Counted from the first letter of the stretch, positions 35,336 through 45,653 are shown. The stretch: DNA of 64,000 bases from Paludibacteraceae bacterium (GCA_017541805.1 JAFXYK010000061.1:5674-69673), one strand, 5' to 3'. Numbers and translations: made by a program. Notes: generated by a model not told the origin, from the letters alone.

Positions 35336-36186
35336 TGAAACTGCAAACGACCGTAGATATACAACCCTCCGAATGGAAGATAGGCTATGAGGACCGCATC
35401 CTCCTGCTCGGCTCCTGTTTCTCCGATGAAATCGGCGAACTGATGGCGCAGCGCTACCTTCATGTCACCTCCAATCCCTTCGGTACGCTCTATAACCCGC
35501 TCAGCATCGCGCAAGCCATAAATCAACAATCACAAATCACCATACGGCGCAAGCAGATCGGAAGAAATCACAAATTAGCCCTCGTAGAATACGAGGGCCT
35601 TTGGCACTCCATGTCTCACCACGGTTCGTTTTCTCGTCCTACCAAGGCCGAAGCGGAAGCCGCCGTGCGCGAGTCTGTCGAATTGATGCAGCGTGCCCTT
35701 CAGGAAGCCTCCGTCGTCATCGTCACTTTCGGTACCGCCTGGGTCTATGAGATGAATGGGGTAGTGGTAGGTAACTGCCATAAGATGCCGGAATCGAACT
35801 TCACCCGCAGACGCCTTTCTGTCGATGAAATCGTGCAAACATGGCGTCCTATCCTGGAGCAGTATCCCGATAAACACTGGCTCTTCACCGTCTCGCCTAT
35901 CCGTCATATCCGCGACGGCCTCCACGAGAACCAACTGAGCAAAGCCACGCTTTTAGAGGCGATAGAAGAATTGGGGTCTTATTTTCCTTCCTACGAAATC
36001 ATGCTCGATGAGTTGCGTGATTACCGCTTCTATGCCGACGATCTCGTCCATCCTTCTTCGATGGCGGTTGCCTATATATGGGAGCGTTTTGTCGATACGT
36101 TCTGCACGCCGCAGACCAAGAATGAACTCATCCTGCAGCATAAACGCTGGAAACACGAGCATCATATCCCGCTTCATCAACAATAA
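35335..36186 (+). CDS. GSCFA-family protein
   Basis: ILLLGSCFSDEIG is the family-defining GSCFA motif, plus ..TFGTAWVY..DLVHPS. The start is ATG 35335 in a TGATG overlap with the upstream stop. Confidence 0.8.
   Translation: MKLQTTVDIQPSEWKIGYEDRILLLGSCFSDEIGELMAQRYLHVTSNPFGTLYNPLSIAQAINQQSQITIRRKQIGRNHKLALVEYEGLWHSMSHHGSFSRPTKAEAEAAVRESVELMQRALQEASVVIVTFGTAWVYEMNGVVVGNCHKMPESNFTRRRLSVDEIVQTWRPILEQYPDKHWLFTVSPIRHIRDGLHENQLSKATLLEAIEELGSYFPSYEIMLDELRDYRFYADDLVHPSSMAVAYIWERFVDTFCTPQTKNELILQHKRWKHEHHIPLHQQ
35521..35541. repeat. Heptamer array, 3 units (AATCAAC AATCACA AATCACC), inside the GSCFA gene
   Basis: Direct reading. It encodes NQQSQIT. A further AATCACA lies at 35566-35572. Confidence 0.65.
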
Positions 36187-36222
36187 CCATTATAAATCAA
36201 TCCTTTTAAAAACAAAACAGTT

Positions 36223-36942
36223 ATGAAATTATGTAACAAATTCGCTGCTGAGTTCTTCGGAACGGCAGTATTGGTACTGGGCGGTTGTGGTACTGCCTTG
36301 TTCGGAAACGTAGGTTTTCTGGGTGTTGCTTTAGCCTTCGGTTTGACGATCGTAGCAGCTGCGTATGGTATCGGCCATATCAGCGGTGCGCATCTCAATC
36401 CGGCTGTCAGCTTCGGTGTGTTCATGAACGGCCGCATGAGTGCCAAAGAGATGTTGTGGTACTGGTGTGCACAGGTCCTCGGCGCTATCACGGCTGCTGC
36501 TATCCTGTTCGGTATCGTTAAGTCGGTAGAAGGTATGGAAGTTGGTACGTTCGCTGCGAACGGCTATGGTGATTTCTTTGTCACGGATGGTGTGATCGCT
36601 GCCGGTTATCTGCATACTACGGCATGCGGTGCGTTCGCTATTGAGGCAGTGCTGACTTTCGTCTTCCTGATGGTAATCCTCGGTGTGACGGACAGCAAGC
36701 ATAATAATGGTGCTTTCGGTGGTCTGGCTATCGGTCTTACCTTGACCCTCATTCACCTCATCTCTATTCCGTTGACCAACACTTCGGTGAACCCGGCTCG
36801 TTCTATCTCGCAGGCTCTCTTCTCGGAGAACAGCCTGGCTATGCCGCAGTTATGGCTCTTCATCGTGGCTCCGATGGTAGGTGCCGCCCTCGCCGGTCTG
36901 TGCTACAAATACATCACCTGCGAAGGAAATTGCAAGAAATAA
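36223..36942 (+). CDS. aqpZ: Aquaporin Z (MIP family)
   Basis: Two NPA boxes: SGAHLNPAVS and NTSVNPARS. Confidence 0.93.
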   Translation: MKLCNKFAAEFFGTAVLVLGGCGTALFGNVGFLGVALAFGLTIVAAAYGIGHISGAHLNPAVSFGVFMNGRMSAKEMLWYWCAQVLGAITAAAILFGIVKSVEGMEVGTFAANGYGDFFVTDGVIAAGYLHTTACGAFAIEAVLTFVFLMVILGVTDSKHNNGAFGGLAIGLTLTLIHLISIPLTNTSVNPARSISQALFSENSLAMPQLWLFIVAPMVGAALAGLCYKYITCEGNCKK

Positions 36943-36962
36943 GTTCCGGTAAGATAATCAAG

Positions 36963-36991
36963 GGTGGGAGGCAACTCCCGCCTTTTTTTTA
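36963..36991 (+). terminator. Intrinsic terminator after aqpZ
   Basis: Stem GGTGGGAG / CTCCCGCC (one G-T pair), loop GCAA, then an 8-nt T-run. Confidence 0.75.
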
Positions 36992-37045
36992 TTTGGCATG
37001 GTATTTGTATATCGTTAGTGAACCTGTAAAAAAGGAGAGAAATAT

Positions 37046-37576
37046 ATGAAAAAGATTGTTATTTTGGCTATTAGCGCCATCTTTGTGGCTAACATGAGCG
37101 CACAAGAAGCAAAACCCGCGAAGTGCGAGGGTAAGAAATTCAACAAGGCAGAGAAAATCGAGTTTGACATCAAGCGTCTGACCAACGAGTTGATGCTCAG
37201 CGACCAACAGGCAGAGAAATTCGCCGTTACCTATCGCGAGTATGCCGGTAAGCTGGATGACCTGTTCGAAGCCAACAAACCGGCTCAGTTCGAACCAGGT
37301 AAGGAACTGACGGATGCGGAATTGGACAAGATGGCCAAGCAGCGTCTGGAGGGATTTAAGAAACTGGCGGAACTGCAGACCAAGTATTACGATAAGTTCC
37401 GTAAAGATCTGAGTGCCCGCCAGGTACAAAAGGTACTGCGTTTTGATGAGGCTTTTGGCCCGAAGCCGTGTTGCGGAAAGCACAAGGGTCCGAAATGTGA
37501 CGGTCCCCGTCCGGAGTGCGGCAAGAAGCACGGACATCATCCGAACGGTTCGAAACCGGCTCCGAAAGCAGAGTAA
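37046..37576 (+). CDS. Periplasmic helical protein (Spy/CpxP-like LTxxQ-type) with a Cys/His-rich tail
   Basis: Signal peptide MKKIVILAISAIFVANMSAQ. LSDQQAEKF and LSARQVQKV motifs. The tail is PCCGKHKGPKCDGPRPECGKKHGHHPNG. Confidence 0.55.
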   Translation: MKKIVILAISAIFVANMSAQEAKPAKCEGKKFNKAEKIEFDIKRLTNELMLSDQQAEKFAVTYREYAGKLDDLFEANKPAQFEPGKELTDAELDKMAKQRLEGFKKLAELQTKYYDKFRKDLSARQVQKVLRFDEAFGPKPCCGKHKGPKCDGPRPECGKKHGHHPNGSKPAPKAE

Positions 37577-40192
37577 TTATCCTTTGAGTGCTTTGATAGC
37601 TTCTTCAAGGGCAGCGATGCGGGCTTCCGCGTCGCTTTTCTTTTTGCGCTCCAGCTCAACGATCTCCGGCTTGGCGTTAGCCACGAAGCGCTCGTTACCG
37701 AGCTTCGCCATCACGCCGCGGAGGAAGCCTTGCTGGTGCTGCAGGTCCGCTTCGAGTTTCTTGAGTTCCTCATCCACATTGATGAACTGATCCATCGGGA
37801 TAGCGAACTCCGTCGTTCCGACGATGAACTTAGCGGCGTTACCGCTTACCTCACCGTTAACGACTACATCTATATTCGCCAATTTGTCCACGAGGGCATT
37901 GAGGGCGACCGGCGAGATGAGCGTGAGACGCTCTTTCTGCGGGATATTCTTCGACGCACGTGCATTGCGCACACCGGCGATGATGGCCTTGAGGTCTTCT
38001 ACCTCGGCGAGGATCTCGAGATCGCGAGAGGTCGAGACTTCGAGGGTAGAGGTCATGATCGATTCGCCTTCTTTGCGTTCGTAGAGGTTCTGCCACAGTT
38101 CTTCCGTGATGAACGGCATGAAGGGGTGGAGTACCCGCAACAGGCGATCGAAGAAGGCAAGTGTAGCCTCGTAGGTCGCGCGGTCAATCGGTTGCTGATA
38201 AGCCGGTTTGATCATCTCGAGGTACCATCCGCTGAACTCATCGCAGTAGAGTTTGAAGATCGCCATGAGGGCTTCGGACAGACGGTATTTGCTGAACAAG
38301 TCGGCTATCTCGGCTTCGGTCTGCGCGAGTTGGGCATCGAACCACTTGATGGCGTATTTGGATGTCTCCGGCTGCGGGATATCGGCTACCTCGAGGCCCT
38401 TGACCATACGGAAGCAGTTCCAGATCTTATTGCAGAAGTTACGTCCCTGCTCGCAGAGCGAGTCATCATAGAGGATATCGTTTCCGGCGGGTGCGGAGAG
38501 GAGGATACCCATACGGACACCGTCGGCACCAAAACGTTCGATGAGGTCGAGCGGATCAGGACTGTTACCGAGGGATTTGGACATCTTACGACCCAGTTTA
38601 TCGCGCACGATACCGGTGAAATAGACATGCTTGAACGGCATCTTACCTACATATTCATAACCCGCCATGATCATACGTGCTACCCAGAAGAAGATGATAT
38701 CCGGACCCGTAACGAGGTCGGCAGTGGGGTAGTAATAATTGATCTCTTTGTTATCAGGATGGTCGATTCCATCGAACAAACTGATCGGCCAGAGCCATGA
38801 ACTGAACCATGTATCGAGGGCTCCTTCGTCCTGGACGTAGTTACCCTCCGGCTTGGTCTCCGAAACGATGATCTTATCGTCCGGGTAGTTCTCGAGACCG
38901 GTCTGCGCCAGCAAGTCGGCATCGTAGTACGCCGGAATACGGTGACCCCACCAGAGTTGACGGCTGATACACCAGTCTTTGATGTTCTCGAGCCAGTTGC
39001 GGTAGGTGTTCTTGTATTTAGCGGGATAGAAGACGATATCATCGTTCATCACCGGCGGCAGCGCGATGTCGGCGAAATGCTTCATCTTCACGAACCACTG
39101 CAGACTTAAGCGCGGCTCAATAGGTACGTTGGTACGCTCGGAGTAGCCGACCTTATTGTCATAATCTTCGATTTTCTCGATGAGACCGAGGTTTTTGAGA
39201 TCTTCGACGATCTGCTTGCGGCAGTCGAAACGGTCCATGCCGTGGTACTTACGTACGTTAGGCTGCAGCTCTTGCTCCACCGTGTCCATATTAAGATGGG
39301 CATCCGGCGTGAAGATATCGATGGTCTTGAGGTTATATTTCTGACCAAGCATATAGTCGTTCACATCGTGCGCCGGCGTCACTTTGAGGCAACCGGTACC
39401 GAAACCGATCTCTACATAGCGGTCCTCAATGATCGGGATGACACGACCGACACCCGGTACGATGACATGTTTTCCCTTGAGCCACTGGTTCTTCTCCTCC
39501 TTGGGATTGATGCAGACGGCGATATCACCGAAGATGGTCTCCGGACGGGTGGTAGCGACGATGGCGTACTTACCCGGCTCCTCCGCTACTTCGTAGCGCA
39601 GGTAATAGAACTTATTATGCTCGTCGTGGTAGATGACCTCCTCGTCGGAGAGGGCCGTTTGCCGCTCCGGGTCCCAGTTGACCATACGGAGACCGCGGTA
39701 GATGAGACCTTTGCGATAGAGGTCGCAGAAGACCTTGATGACGGCTTTGGAGCGCGTCTCATCCATGGTGAAGGCGGTGCGATCCCAGTCGCAAGAGCAA
39801 CCGAGTTTGCGCAGCTGCTTGAGGATGATTCCTCCGTGTTCATCGGTCCAATCCCAAGCATGCTTGAGGAACTGCTCGCGGGTCAGGTCGGATTTGTTGA
39901 TACCTTGCTCTTTCAGTCGTTTGATGACCTTGGCTTCGGTAGCAATAGAGGCATGGTCAGTACCCGGCACCCAGCAGGCGTTCTTGCCCTCCAGGCGCGC
40001 ACGACGGACGAGGATATCCTGAATGGTCTCATTCAGGACATGGCCCATATGGAGCACACCCGTCACATTGGGCGGCGGAATAACGATAGTAAACGGTTCG
40101 CGGCCATCCGGCTCACTGTGAAAAAGCTTGTTGTCCAACCAATATTGGTACCAACGCGCTTCGATCTCTGTAGGATTATATTTCGATTCCAT
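37577..40192 (-). CDS. valS: Valine--tRNA ligase
   Basis: 871 aa: [13 protein letters not shown] (HIGH) and KMSKSLGN (KMSKS), with a C-terminal coiled coil. Confidence 0.97.
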   Translation of the reverse strand: MESKYNPTEIEARWYQYWLDNKLFHSEPDGREPFTIVIPPPNVTGVLHMGHVLNETIQDILVRRARLEGKNACWVPGTDHASIATEAKVIKRLKEQGINKSDLTREQFLKHAWDWTDEHGGIILKQLRKLGCSCDWDRTAFTMDETRSKAVIKVFCDLYRKGLIYRGLRMVNWDPERQTALSDEEVIYHDEHNKFYYLRYEVAEEPGKYAIVATTRPETIFGDIAVCINPKEEKNQWLKGKHVIVPGVGRVIPIIEDRYVEIGFGTGCLKVTPAHDVNDYMLGQKYNLKTIDIFTPDAHLNMDTVEQELQPNVRKYHGMDRFDCRKQIVEDLKNLGLIEKIEDYDNKVGYSERTNVPIEPRLSLQWFVKMKHFADIALPPVMNDDIVFYPAKYKNTYRNWLENIKDWCISRQLWWGHRIPAYYDADLLAQTGLENYPDDKIIVSETKPEGNYVQDEGALDTWFSSWLWPISLFDGIDHPDNKEINYYYPTADLVTGPDIIFFWVARMIMAGYEYVGKMPFKHVYFTGIVRDKLGRKMSKSLGNSPDPLDLIERFGADGVRMGILLSAPAGNDILYDDSLCEQGRNFCNKIWNCFRMVKGLEVADIPQPETSKYAIKWFDAQLAQTEAEIADLFSKYRLSEALMAIFKLYCDEFSGWYLEMIKPAYQQPIDRATYEATLAFFDRLLRVLHPFMPFITEELWQNLYERKEGESIMTSTLEVSTSRDLEILAEVEDLKAIIAGVRNARASKNIPQKERLTLISPVALNALVDKLANIDVVVNGEVSGNAAKFIVGTTEFAIPMDQFINVDEELKKLEADLQHQQGFLRGVMAKLGNERFVANAKPEIVELERKKKSDAEARIAALEEAIKALKG

Positions 40193-40227
40193 AAATCAGT
40201 AATTGTTATTCGACACAAAAACGGGCA

Positions 40228-40259
40228 CAAAATTACTGCTTTTTTTTGAAATACGCAAA
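40228..40259 (-). promoter_or_regulatory. Bacteroidota-type promoter for valS
   Basis: Minus strand reads TTTG-N20-TAATTTTG. The cassette is TTTGCGTATTTCAAAAAAAAGCAGTAATTTTGTG. Confidence 0.65.
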
Positions 40260-40303
40260 TAAAAAGAAAAAAATCTGCAAATATAGAAATAAAACGAGTT
40301 TTA

Positions 40304-40335
40304 TTTGCATATGTCAAATATTTATTGTAATTTTG
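40304..40335 (+). promoter_or_regulatory. Bacteroidota-type promoter for nadE
   Basis: TTTG(40304-40307)-N20-TAATTTTG(40328-40335). Confidence 0.65.
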
Positions 40336-40358
40336 TGCGCTAAATTGTGAATTATGCT

Positions 40359-42290
40359 ATGGATACCAATTTTGGATTTGTACGAGTGGCGGCAGCCGTG
40401 CCGACGATGCGTGTGGCGGATTGCCGCTATAATGCGGAGCAGATCAAGCTGCAGATTGACGAGGCGATTGCCGAAGGAGTAGAGGTGATCTGTTTCCCGG
40501 AGTTGAGTGTGACGGGTTACACGTGTGCGGACCTGTTTTTTACGCAGCAGCTGCAGCAGAGCAGTATGCGTGAATTGGAAGGTATCTGCGCTTACACGCG
40601 CGGAAAAGCGATCATCGTGTTAGTGGGTGCGCCGCTGCAGGTGGATAATGACCTATTCAACTGCGCGTTCGTGATGACGGACGGCGAGGTGATGGGTGTG
40701 GTACCGAAGGTGAACCTGCCGAACACGGGTGAGTTCTACGAGAAACGCTGGTTCACGAGTGGTCGTGCTGCGCGCGAGTACATGCCCGGAGGTGTGGCTC
40801 CGCGGATTCCGAAGATAGAGATATGGAGTGGGGAGGTGCCGTTCGGTACGGACCTGCTGTTCTGTACGCGAAACTATAGTTTCGGTATCGAGATATGCGA
40901 GGACCTGTGGAGTCCGCTGCCGCCATCGACGCAGTTGGCTATCCAGGGTGCGGAGTTGATCTTCAACCTCTCGAGCTCAAACTGCATCATCGGTAAGCAT
41001 ATCTTCCGTCGCCAGATGATCAAGCAGCAGAGTGCGCGTGTACATTGCGGCTATATCTACACCTCGTCGGGTGTGGGAGAGTCCACGACCGATGTGGTCT
41101 TCTCCGGCAGTACGTATATCGCAGAGAACGGCGACATCCTGACCGCAGGAGAGCGATTCCAACGGAACAATTCGATGATCATTCAGGAGATCGATATCGA
41201 GCGTCTGCGTACCGATCGGCAGCGCAACACCAACTTCACCAAGGACAAGACCGGTCACTACCGTCATATCAACGTAGCGCCTATCGAACGGGAGGAGGAG
41301 ATGACCGAGCCGATCCATCGTACGTTCTCGCCGACGCCGTTCCTGCCGAAGAAAGGGAAGGAAGAGCAATACTGCCTGGACGTCTTCTCTATCCAGACAA
41401 ACGCGCTGGCGCGGCGATGGGAACATACGCACTCCGAGACCGTCGTCATCGGTATATCCGGTGGATTGGACAGTACGTTGGCGCTCATGGTTAGCGTGCA
41501 AACAGCCGATCTGTTGGGGTACGACCGCAGTAGAGTGGTAGGCGTGACGATGCCGGGCTTCGGGACCAGCGACCGCACCTATCAGAATGCGCTGAGACTG
41601 ATGAAAGAGCTGGGTATCACCCACCGCGAGATATCGATATGCGACGTGACGACGCAACACCTGTCCGACATCGCCCATAACATCGATATCCACGATGCGA
41701 CGTATGAGAACGCCCAAGCGCGTGTGCGTACGCTGATCCTGATGGACCTGGCGAACGAACTGAACGGCTTGGTGGTCGGCACAGGTGACCTGAGTGAATT
41801 GGCGCTCGGCTGGTGTACGTACAACGGCGACCAGATGTCGATGTACTCCGTCAATGCCGGTATCCCCAAGACGCTCGTGAAATACCTCGTGCGATTTGCG
41901 GCAGAGAACCTGTACGGCGAACCGCTGCGTACGATACTCCTGGATGTGGTAGAAACACCAGTTTCACCGGAACTGTTGCCGACGGACGAGAACGGCGAGA
42001 TCGCCCAGAAGACCGAGGACAAAGTAGGTCCGTACGAGTTGCACGATTTCTTCCTCTTCTATTTCATGCGCTTCGGTTTCACCCGCGAGAAAATCAAATA
42101 TATGGCATGCAAAGCCTTTGAAGAGCAATACGACGAAGCGACGATCGATAAATGGCTCAACGTGTTCATGCGGCGTTTCTGCACGCAGCAGTTCAAGCGC
42201 TCGGCGATGCCGGATGGACCGAAAGTAGTTAGTGTTAGCTTATCTCCCCGTGGAGACTGGAGAATGCCAAGCGATGCCACATGCATCTAA
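40359..42290 (+). CDS. nadE: Glutamine-dependent NAD+ synthetase (CN-hydrolase domain + NAD synthetase domain)
   Basis: FPELSVTGYTCADLF..EICEDLW, then VIGISGGLDSTLAL (SGGxDS). I preferred ATG 40359 to the track's GTG 40347. Confidence 0.93.
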   Translation: MDTNFGFVRVAAAVPTMRVADCRYNAEQIKLQIDEAIAEGVEVICFPELSVTGYTCADLFFTQQLQQSSMRELEGICAYTRGKAIIVLVGAPLQVDNDLFNCAFVMTDGEVMGVVPKVNLPNTGEFYEKRWFTSGRAAREYMPGGVAPRIPKIEIWSGEVPFGTDLLFCTRNYSFGIEICEDLWSPLPPSTQLAIQGAELIFNLSSSNCIIGKHIFRRQMIKQQSARVHCGYIYTSSGVGESTTDVVFSGSTYIAENGDILTAGERFQRNNSMIIQEIDIERLRTDRQRNTNFTKDKTGHYRHINVAPIEREEEMTEPIHRTFSPTPFLPKKGKEEQYCLDVFSIQTNALARRWEHTHSETVVIGISGGLDSTLALMVSVQTADLLGYDRSRVVGVTMPGFGTSDRTYQNALRLMKELGITHREISICDVTTQHLSDIAHNIDIHDATYENAQARVRTLILMDLANELNGLVVGTGDLSELALGWCTYNGDQMSMYSVNAGIPKTLVKYLVRFAAENLYGEPLRTILLDVVETPVSPELLPTDENGEIAQKTEDKVGPYELHDFFLFYFMRFGFTREKIKYMACKAFEEQYDEATIDKWLNVFMRRFCTQQFKRSAMPDGPKVVSVSLSPRGDWRMPSDATCI

Positions 42291-42318
42291 ATTGAAAAAT
42301 GAAAAATGAAAATTGAAA
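42291..42318. repeat. Heptamer array, 4 units (ATTGAAA AATGAAA AATGAAA ATTGAAA), at the nadE stop / murB start junction
   Basis: Direct reading. It begins right after the nadE TAA and contains the murB ATG (42306). Confidence 0.85.
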
Positions 42319-43235
42319 GGGATATATCGTTGCTGCCTTACAATACCTTTGGTATTGATGCCAAGGCGAAGGTGTTCATCGAGTATTACTCGTTGGATGA
42401 GTTGCGGCAGGTACTGAAGGAATACAAGGGTGAGCGGATCCTGCATATAGGACAGGGTTCGAACCTGCTGTTTACTGCCGATTTCAACGGCGTGATCCTG
42501 CATTCCGGCATGGCGCGTGCGCGCTTTCTGGACGACGAGACGGTAGAGGCACAGAACGGTTTGCGACTCGATGATATGATCGCGCAGTTGACCGACATGG
42601 GGTATTCGGGCTTGGAGAAACTGAGTCTGATACCCGGTGAAGTAGGTGCGTCGGCGGTGCAGAACGTTGGTGCGTACGGCTGCGAAGCGAAAGATGTGAT
42701 CGAGCGCGTCTATACAATCGATGTGGAGACGCTCAAAGAGCGTGTGTTCACCAATGCGGAATGTAAGTTCGGTTATCGTGACAGTACCTTCAAACATGAA
42801 CTGAAGGGCAAGTATATCGTCACCTCCGTCGTGTATAAAGTGCATCCGGGCGATGCGGTCAAGACCCGCGAAGAGATCATCGAGACGCGCAATGGTAAGT
42901 TACCGAAAGTTGGCGAAGTAGGTTCAGCGGGTTCGTTCTTCATGAATCCCTTTGTGCCGGAAGAGCAAGCGAACGCGCTGCTGAAGCTCTATCCGGACAT
43001 GCCGCATTTTGCGACGCCGCAAGGCGTGAAGATCCCTGCCGCATGGCTGATAGAACAATGCGGATGGAAGGGCAAGACCCTCGGTGGTGCACAGGTATGG
43101 CCAAAGCAACCGCTGGTGATCGTGAACGCGAATAAGGCGTCTGCGAAAGATATTATGAACCTTGCCGCCGCAGTAAGCGCAAGTGTGCAAGATAAATTCA
43201 ATATAACGATTAATCCCGAAGTAAACTACATATAA
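42306..43235 (+). CDS. murB: UDP-N-acetylenolpyruvoylglucosamine reductase
   Basis: LLPYNTFGIDA..HIGQGSNLLF..PGEVGASAVQNVGAYG..GSAGSFFMNP. Confidence 0.9.
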   Translation: MKIERDISLLPYNTFGIDAKAKVFIEYYSLDELRQVLKEYKGERILHIGQGSNLLFTADFNGVILHSGMARARFLDDETVEAQNGLRLDDMIAQLTDMGYSGLEKLSLIPGEVGASAVQNVGAYGCEAKDVIERVYTIDVETLKERVFTNAECKFGYRDSTFKHELKGKYIVTSVVYKVHPGDAVKTREEIIETRNGKLPKVGEVGSAGSFFMNPFVPEEQANALLKLYPDMPHFATPQGVKIPAAWLIEQCGWKGKTLGGAQVWPKQPLVIVNANKASAKDIMNLAAAVSASVQDKFNITINPEVNYI

Positions 43236-43236
43236 T

Positions 43237-44544
43237 ATGGCTGCATTCATTGTAGAAGGAGGACATAAACTGCATGGCAGTATCACGCCGCAGGGCGCCA
43301 AGAACGAAGCGCTGCAAGTGCTGTGTGCCGTGCTGCTGACCAAAGAGACGGTGGTGATCAACAATCTGCCGAACATCCTCGATGTAAACAACCTGATTGA
43401 TTTGCTCGCATCCATCGGTGTGCGCGTGGAGAAACTGAGTAAGGGTACGTATGCTTTCACGGCATCGGAACTCGATACGGCGTATCTGCGCAGTGCTGAT
43501 TTCCTCAAGAAATGCAACAAACTGCGTGGCTCGGTGATGCTCATCGGTCCGCTTTTGGCGCGTCTCGGCGAAGTGACATATGCAAAACCCGGCGGCGATA
43601 AGATCGGTCGTCGGCGTCTGGACACACATTTTCAAGGCATGGTGAACCTCGGGGCGACGTTTAAATATGACCAGGAACTGCTGGCTTACCGTTTTAACGG
43701 TAAACACCTGAAGGGCACCTACATGCTATTGGACGAAGCTTCTGTCACCGGAACAGCGAACATCATTATGGCGTCTGTCCTCGCCGAAGGAACCACTACA
43801 ATCTACAATGCAGCCTGCGAACCGTACGTGCAGCAACTTTGCCGTCTCTTGAATAACATGGGTGCGAAGATCAGCGGAGTCGGCTCGAACTTGTTGACCA
43901 TCGAAGGTGTGAAATCGCTTCACGGCGCACAACATAAACTCTTGCCGGATATGATCGAAGTCGGTTCATTTATCGGCATGGCAGCTATTACCGGTTCTGA
44001 ACTGCGTATCAAAGAGGCGGGAATAAAAGACCTTGGAATCATTCCCGATGCTTTCCGCCGTTTAGGAATCCGCATTGAGGAAGAAGGGGACGATCTGGTT
44101 ATTCCTGCGCAGGAGCACTATCAGATTGAGTCGTTCCTCGATGGCTCTATTCTCACGGTTGCCGATGCGCCGTGGCCGGGCCTGACGCCGGACTTGCTGT
44201 CTGTCCTTCTTGTGGTAGCCACACAGGCAAAAGGCTCTGTGCTTATCCACCAGAAGATGTTCGAATCCCGTCTTTTCTTTGTGGACAAACTGATTGACAT
44301 GGGCGCGCAGATCATCCTCTGTGATCCTCACCGTGCAGTTGTAGTTGGTCACGACCACACCCGCCAACTCAAACGCAATAACATGACTTCGCCCGATATC
44401 CGTGCAGGTATAGCCATGCTGATTGCCGCCATGTCTGCCGAAGGCACATCCCGTATCGACCACATCGACCAGATCGACCGTGGTTACGAAGACATCGAGC
44501 ACCGCCTTAACGCCATCGGTGCTTGCATAAAGAGAGAGGAGTGA
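43237..44544 (+). CDS. murA: UDP-N-acetylglucosamine 1-carboxyvinyltransferase
   Basis: FIVEGGHKLHGSITPQGAKNEALQVL..KPGGDKIGRRRLDTH..DRGYEDIE.RL. Confidence 0.95.
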   Translation: MAAFIVEGGHKLHGSITPQGAKNEALQVLCAVLLTKETVVINNLPNILDVNNLIDLLASIGVRVEKLSKGTYAFTASELDTAYLRSADFLKKCNKLRGSVMLIGPLLARLGEVTYAKPGGDKIGRRRLDTHFQGMVNLGATFKYDQELLAYRFNGKHLKGTYMLLDEASVTGTANIIMASVLAEGTTTIYNAACEPYVQQLCRLLNNMGAKISGVGSNLLTIEGVKSLHGAQHKLLPDMIEVGSFIGMAAITGSELRIKEAGIKDLGIIPDAFRRLGIRIEEEGDDLVIPAQEHYQIESFLDGSILTVADAPWPGLTPDLLSVLLVVATQAKGSVLIHQKMFESRLFFVDKLIDMGAQIILCDPHRAVVVGHDHTRQLKRNNMTSPDIRAGIAMLIAAMSAEGTSRIDHIDQIDRGYEDIEHRLNAIGACIKREE

Positions 44545-44588
44545 AAGTAATATGCAAAATTTGCATATAACAAGAAAATAAAATAAGA

Positions 44589-45593
44589 ATGAACGAGAAA
44601 CCTATAGAAAATAGAGGTGAGATTATCATCTATCGTGCAGAAGACAACACGGTTCAGCTCGATGTGCGCATGGAGAACGAAACCGTGTGGCTAAGTCAGC
44701 AACAGATGGTTCAGCTTTTCAACTCCACAAAGCAAAATATTAGTTTGCATATTGGCAATATATTTCGCGAGGGAGAATTACAAAAAGAAGCAACCGTCAA
44801 GGAATACTTGACAGTTCAAACTGAAGGAAATCGGCAAATCTGTCGTAAAGTTCTGTACTATAACCTTGATGTAATCATCTCCGTTGGTTATCGTGTCAAG
44901 TCTCAACGCGGTGTACAATTCCGTCAATGGGCAAACAGAATTCTCAAAGACTACCTCGTCAAAGGTTTTGCCATCAATGAAAAACTCCGCCGTGAGCAGT
45001 TGTCGGATCTGCGGCAGTTGGTCCAGATTGTAGGACGGACGGTGCAAAGCAAAGCGGTAGAGAGCGCAGATGAGACGCAAGCTATTTTTGATGTGGTTTT
45101 GGATTACACGTACGCGTTGGATACGCTCGATAATTATGATTACGAGCGTCTGACCGTCAAAGAGACCACGCCCGAAGAACGATTCCATGCTACGTACGAG
45201 AATGCTATGCAAACGATTAGCGCACTGCGTGAGAAATTCGGTGGAAGCACTTTGTTTGGCAATGAGAAAGACGATTCGTTCAAAAGCAGTATAGGTCAGA
45301 TTTATCAGACCTTTGGAGGCAAGGACCTCTATCCGAGTGTGGAAGAGAAAGCGGCGATGTTGCTGTATTTGGTTACCAAGAACCACTCCTTCTCTGATGG
45401 CAACAAACGCATTGCAGCAACTTTGTTCCTCTGGTTCTTGAACAACAACGGCATCCTCTATCGCGAAGATGGCACCAAGCGTTTGGCGGATAACACCCTT
45501 GTCGCACTAACCCTTATGATTGCCGAGAGCCGCATAGAAGAAAAAGACACCATGGTCAAAGTGGTAGTAAACTTGATAAACCAGAAGAACTGA
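44589..45593 (+). CDS. RhuM-family protein with a C-terminal Doc/Fic domain
   Basis: YYNLDVIISVGYRVKSQRGVQFRQWANRILKDYLVKGF (RhuM signature) plus HSFSDGNKRIAATLF (Doc-type Fic motif H-x-F-x-D-G-N-K-R). Confidence 0.8.
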   Translation: MNEKPIENRGEIIIYRAEDNTVQLDVRMENETVWLSQQQMVQLFNSTKQNISLHIGNIFREGELQKEATVKEYLTVQTEGNRQICRKVLYYNLDVIISVGYRVKSQRGVQFRQWANRILKDYLVKGFAINEKLRREQLSDLRQLVQIVGRTVQSKAVESADETQAIFDVVLDYTYALDTLDNYDYERLTVKETTPEERFHATYENAMQTISALREKFGGSTLFGNEKDDSFKSSIGQIYQTFGGKDLYPSVEEKAAMLLYLVTKNHSFSDGNKRIAATLFLWFLNNNGILYREDGTKRLADNTLVALTLMIAESRIEEKDTMVKVVVNLINQKN

Positions 45594-45653
45594 AAGTATA
45601 ATATTGTAACACAAGATATTTTTTTGATTAATGAATAAAACAAATAATAATCT

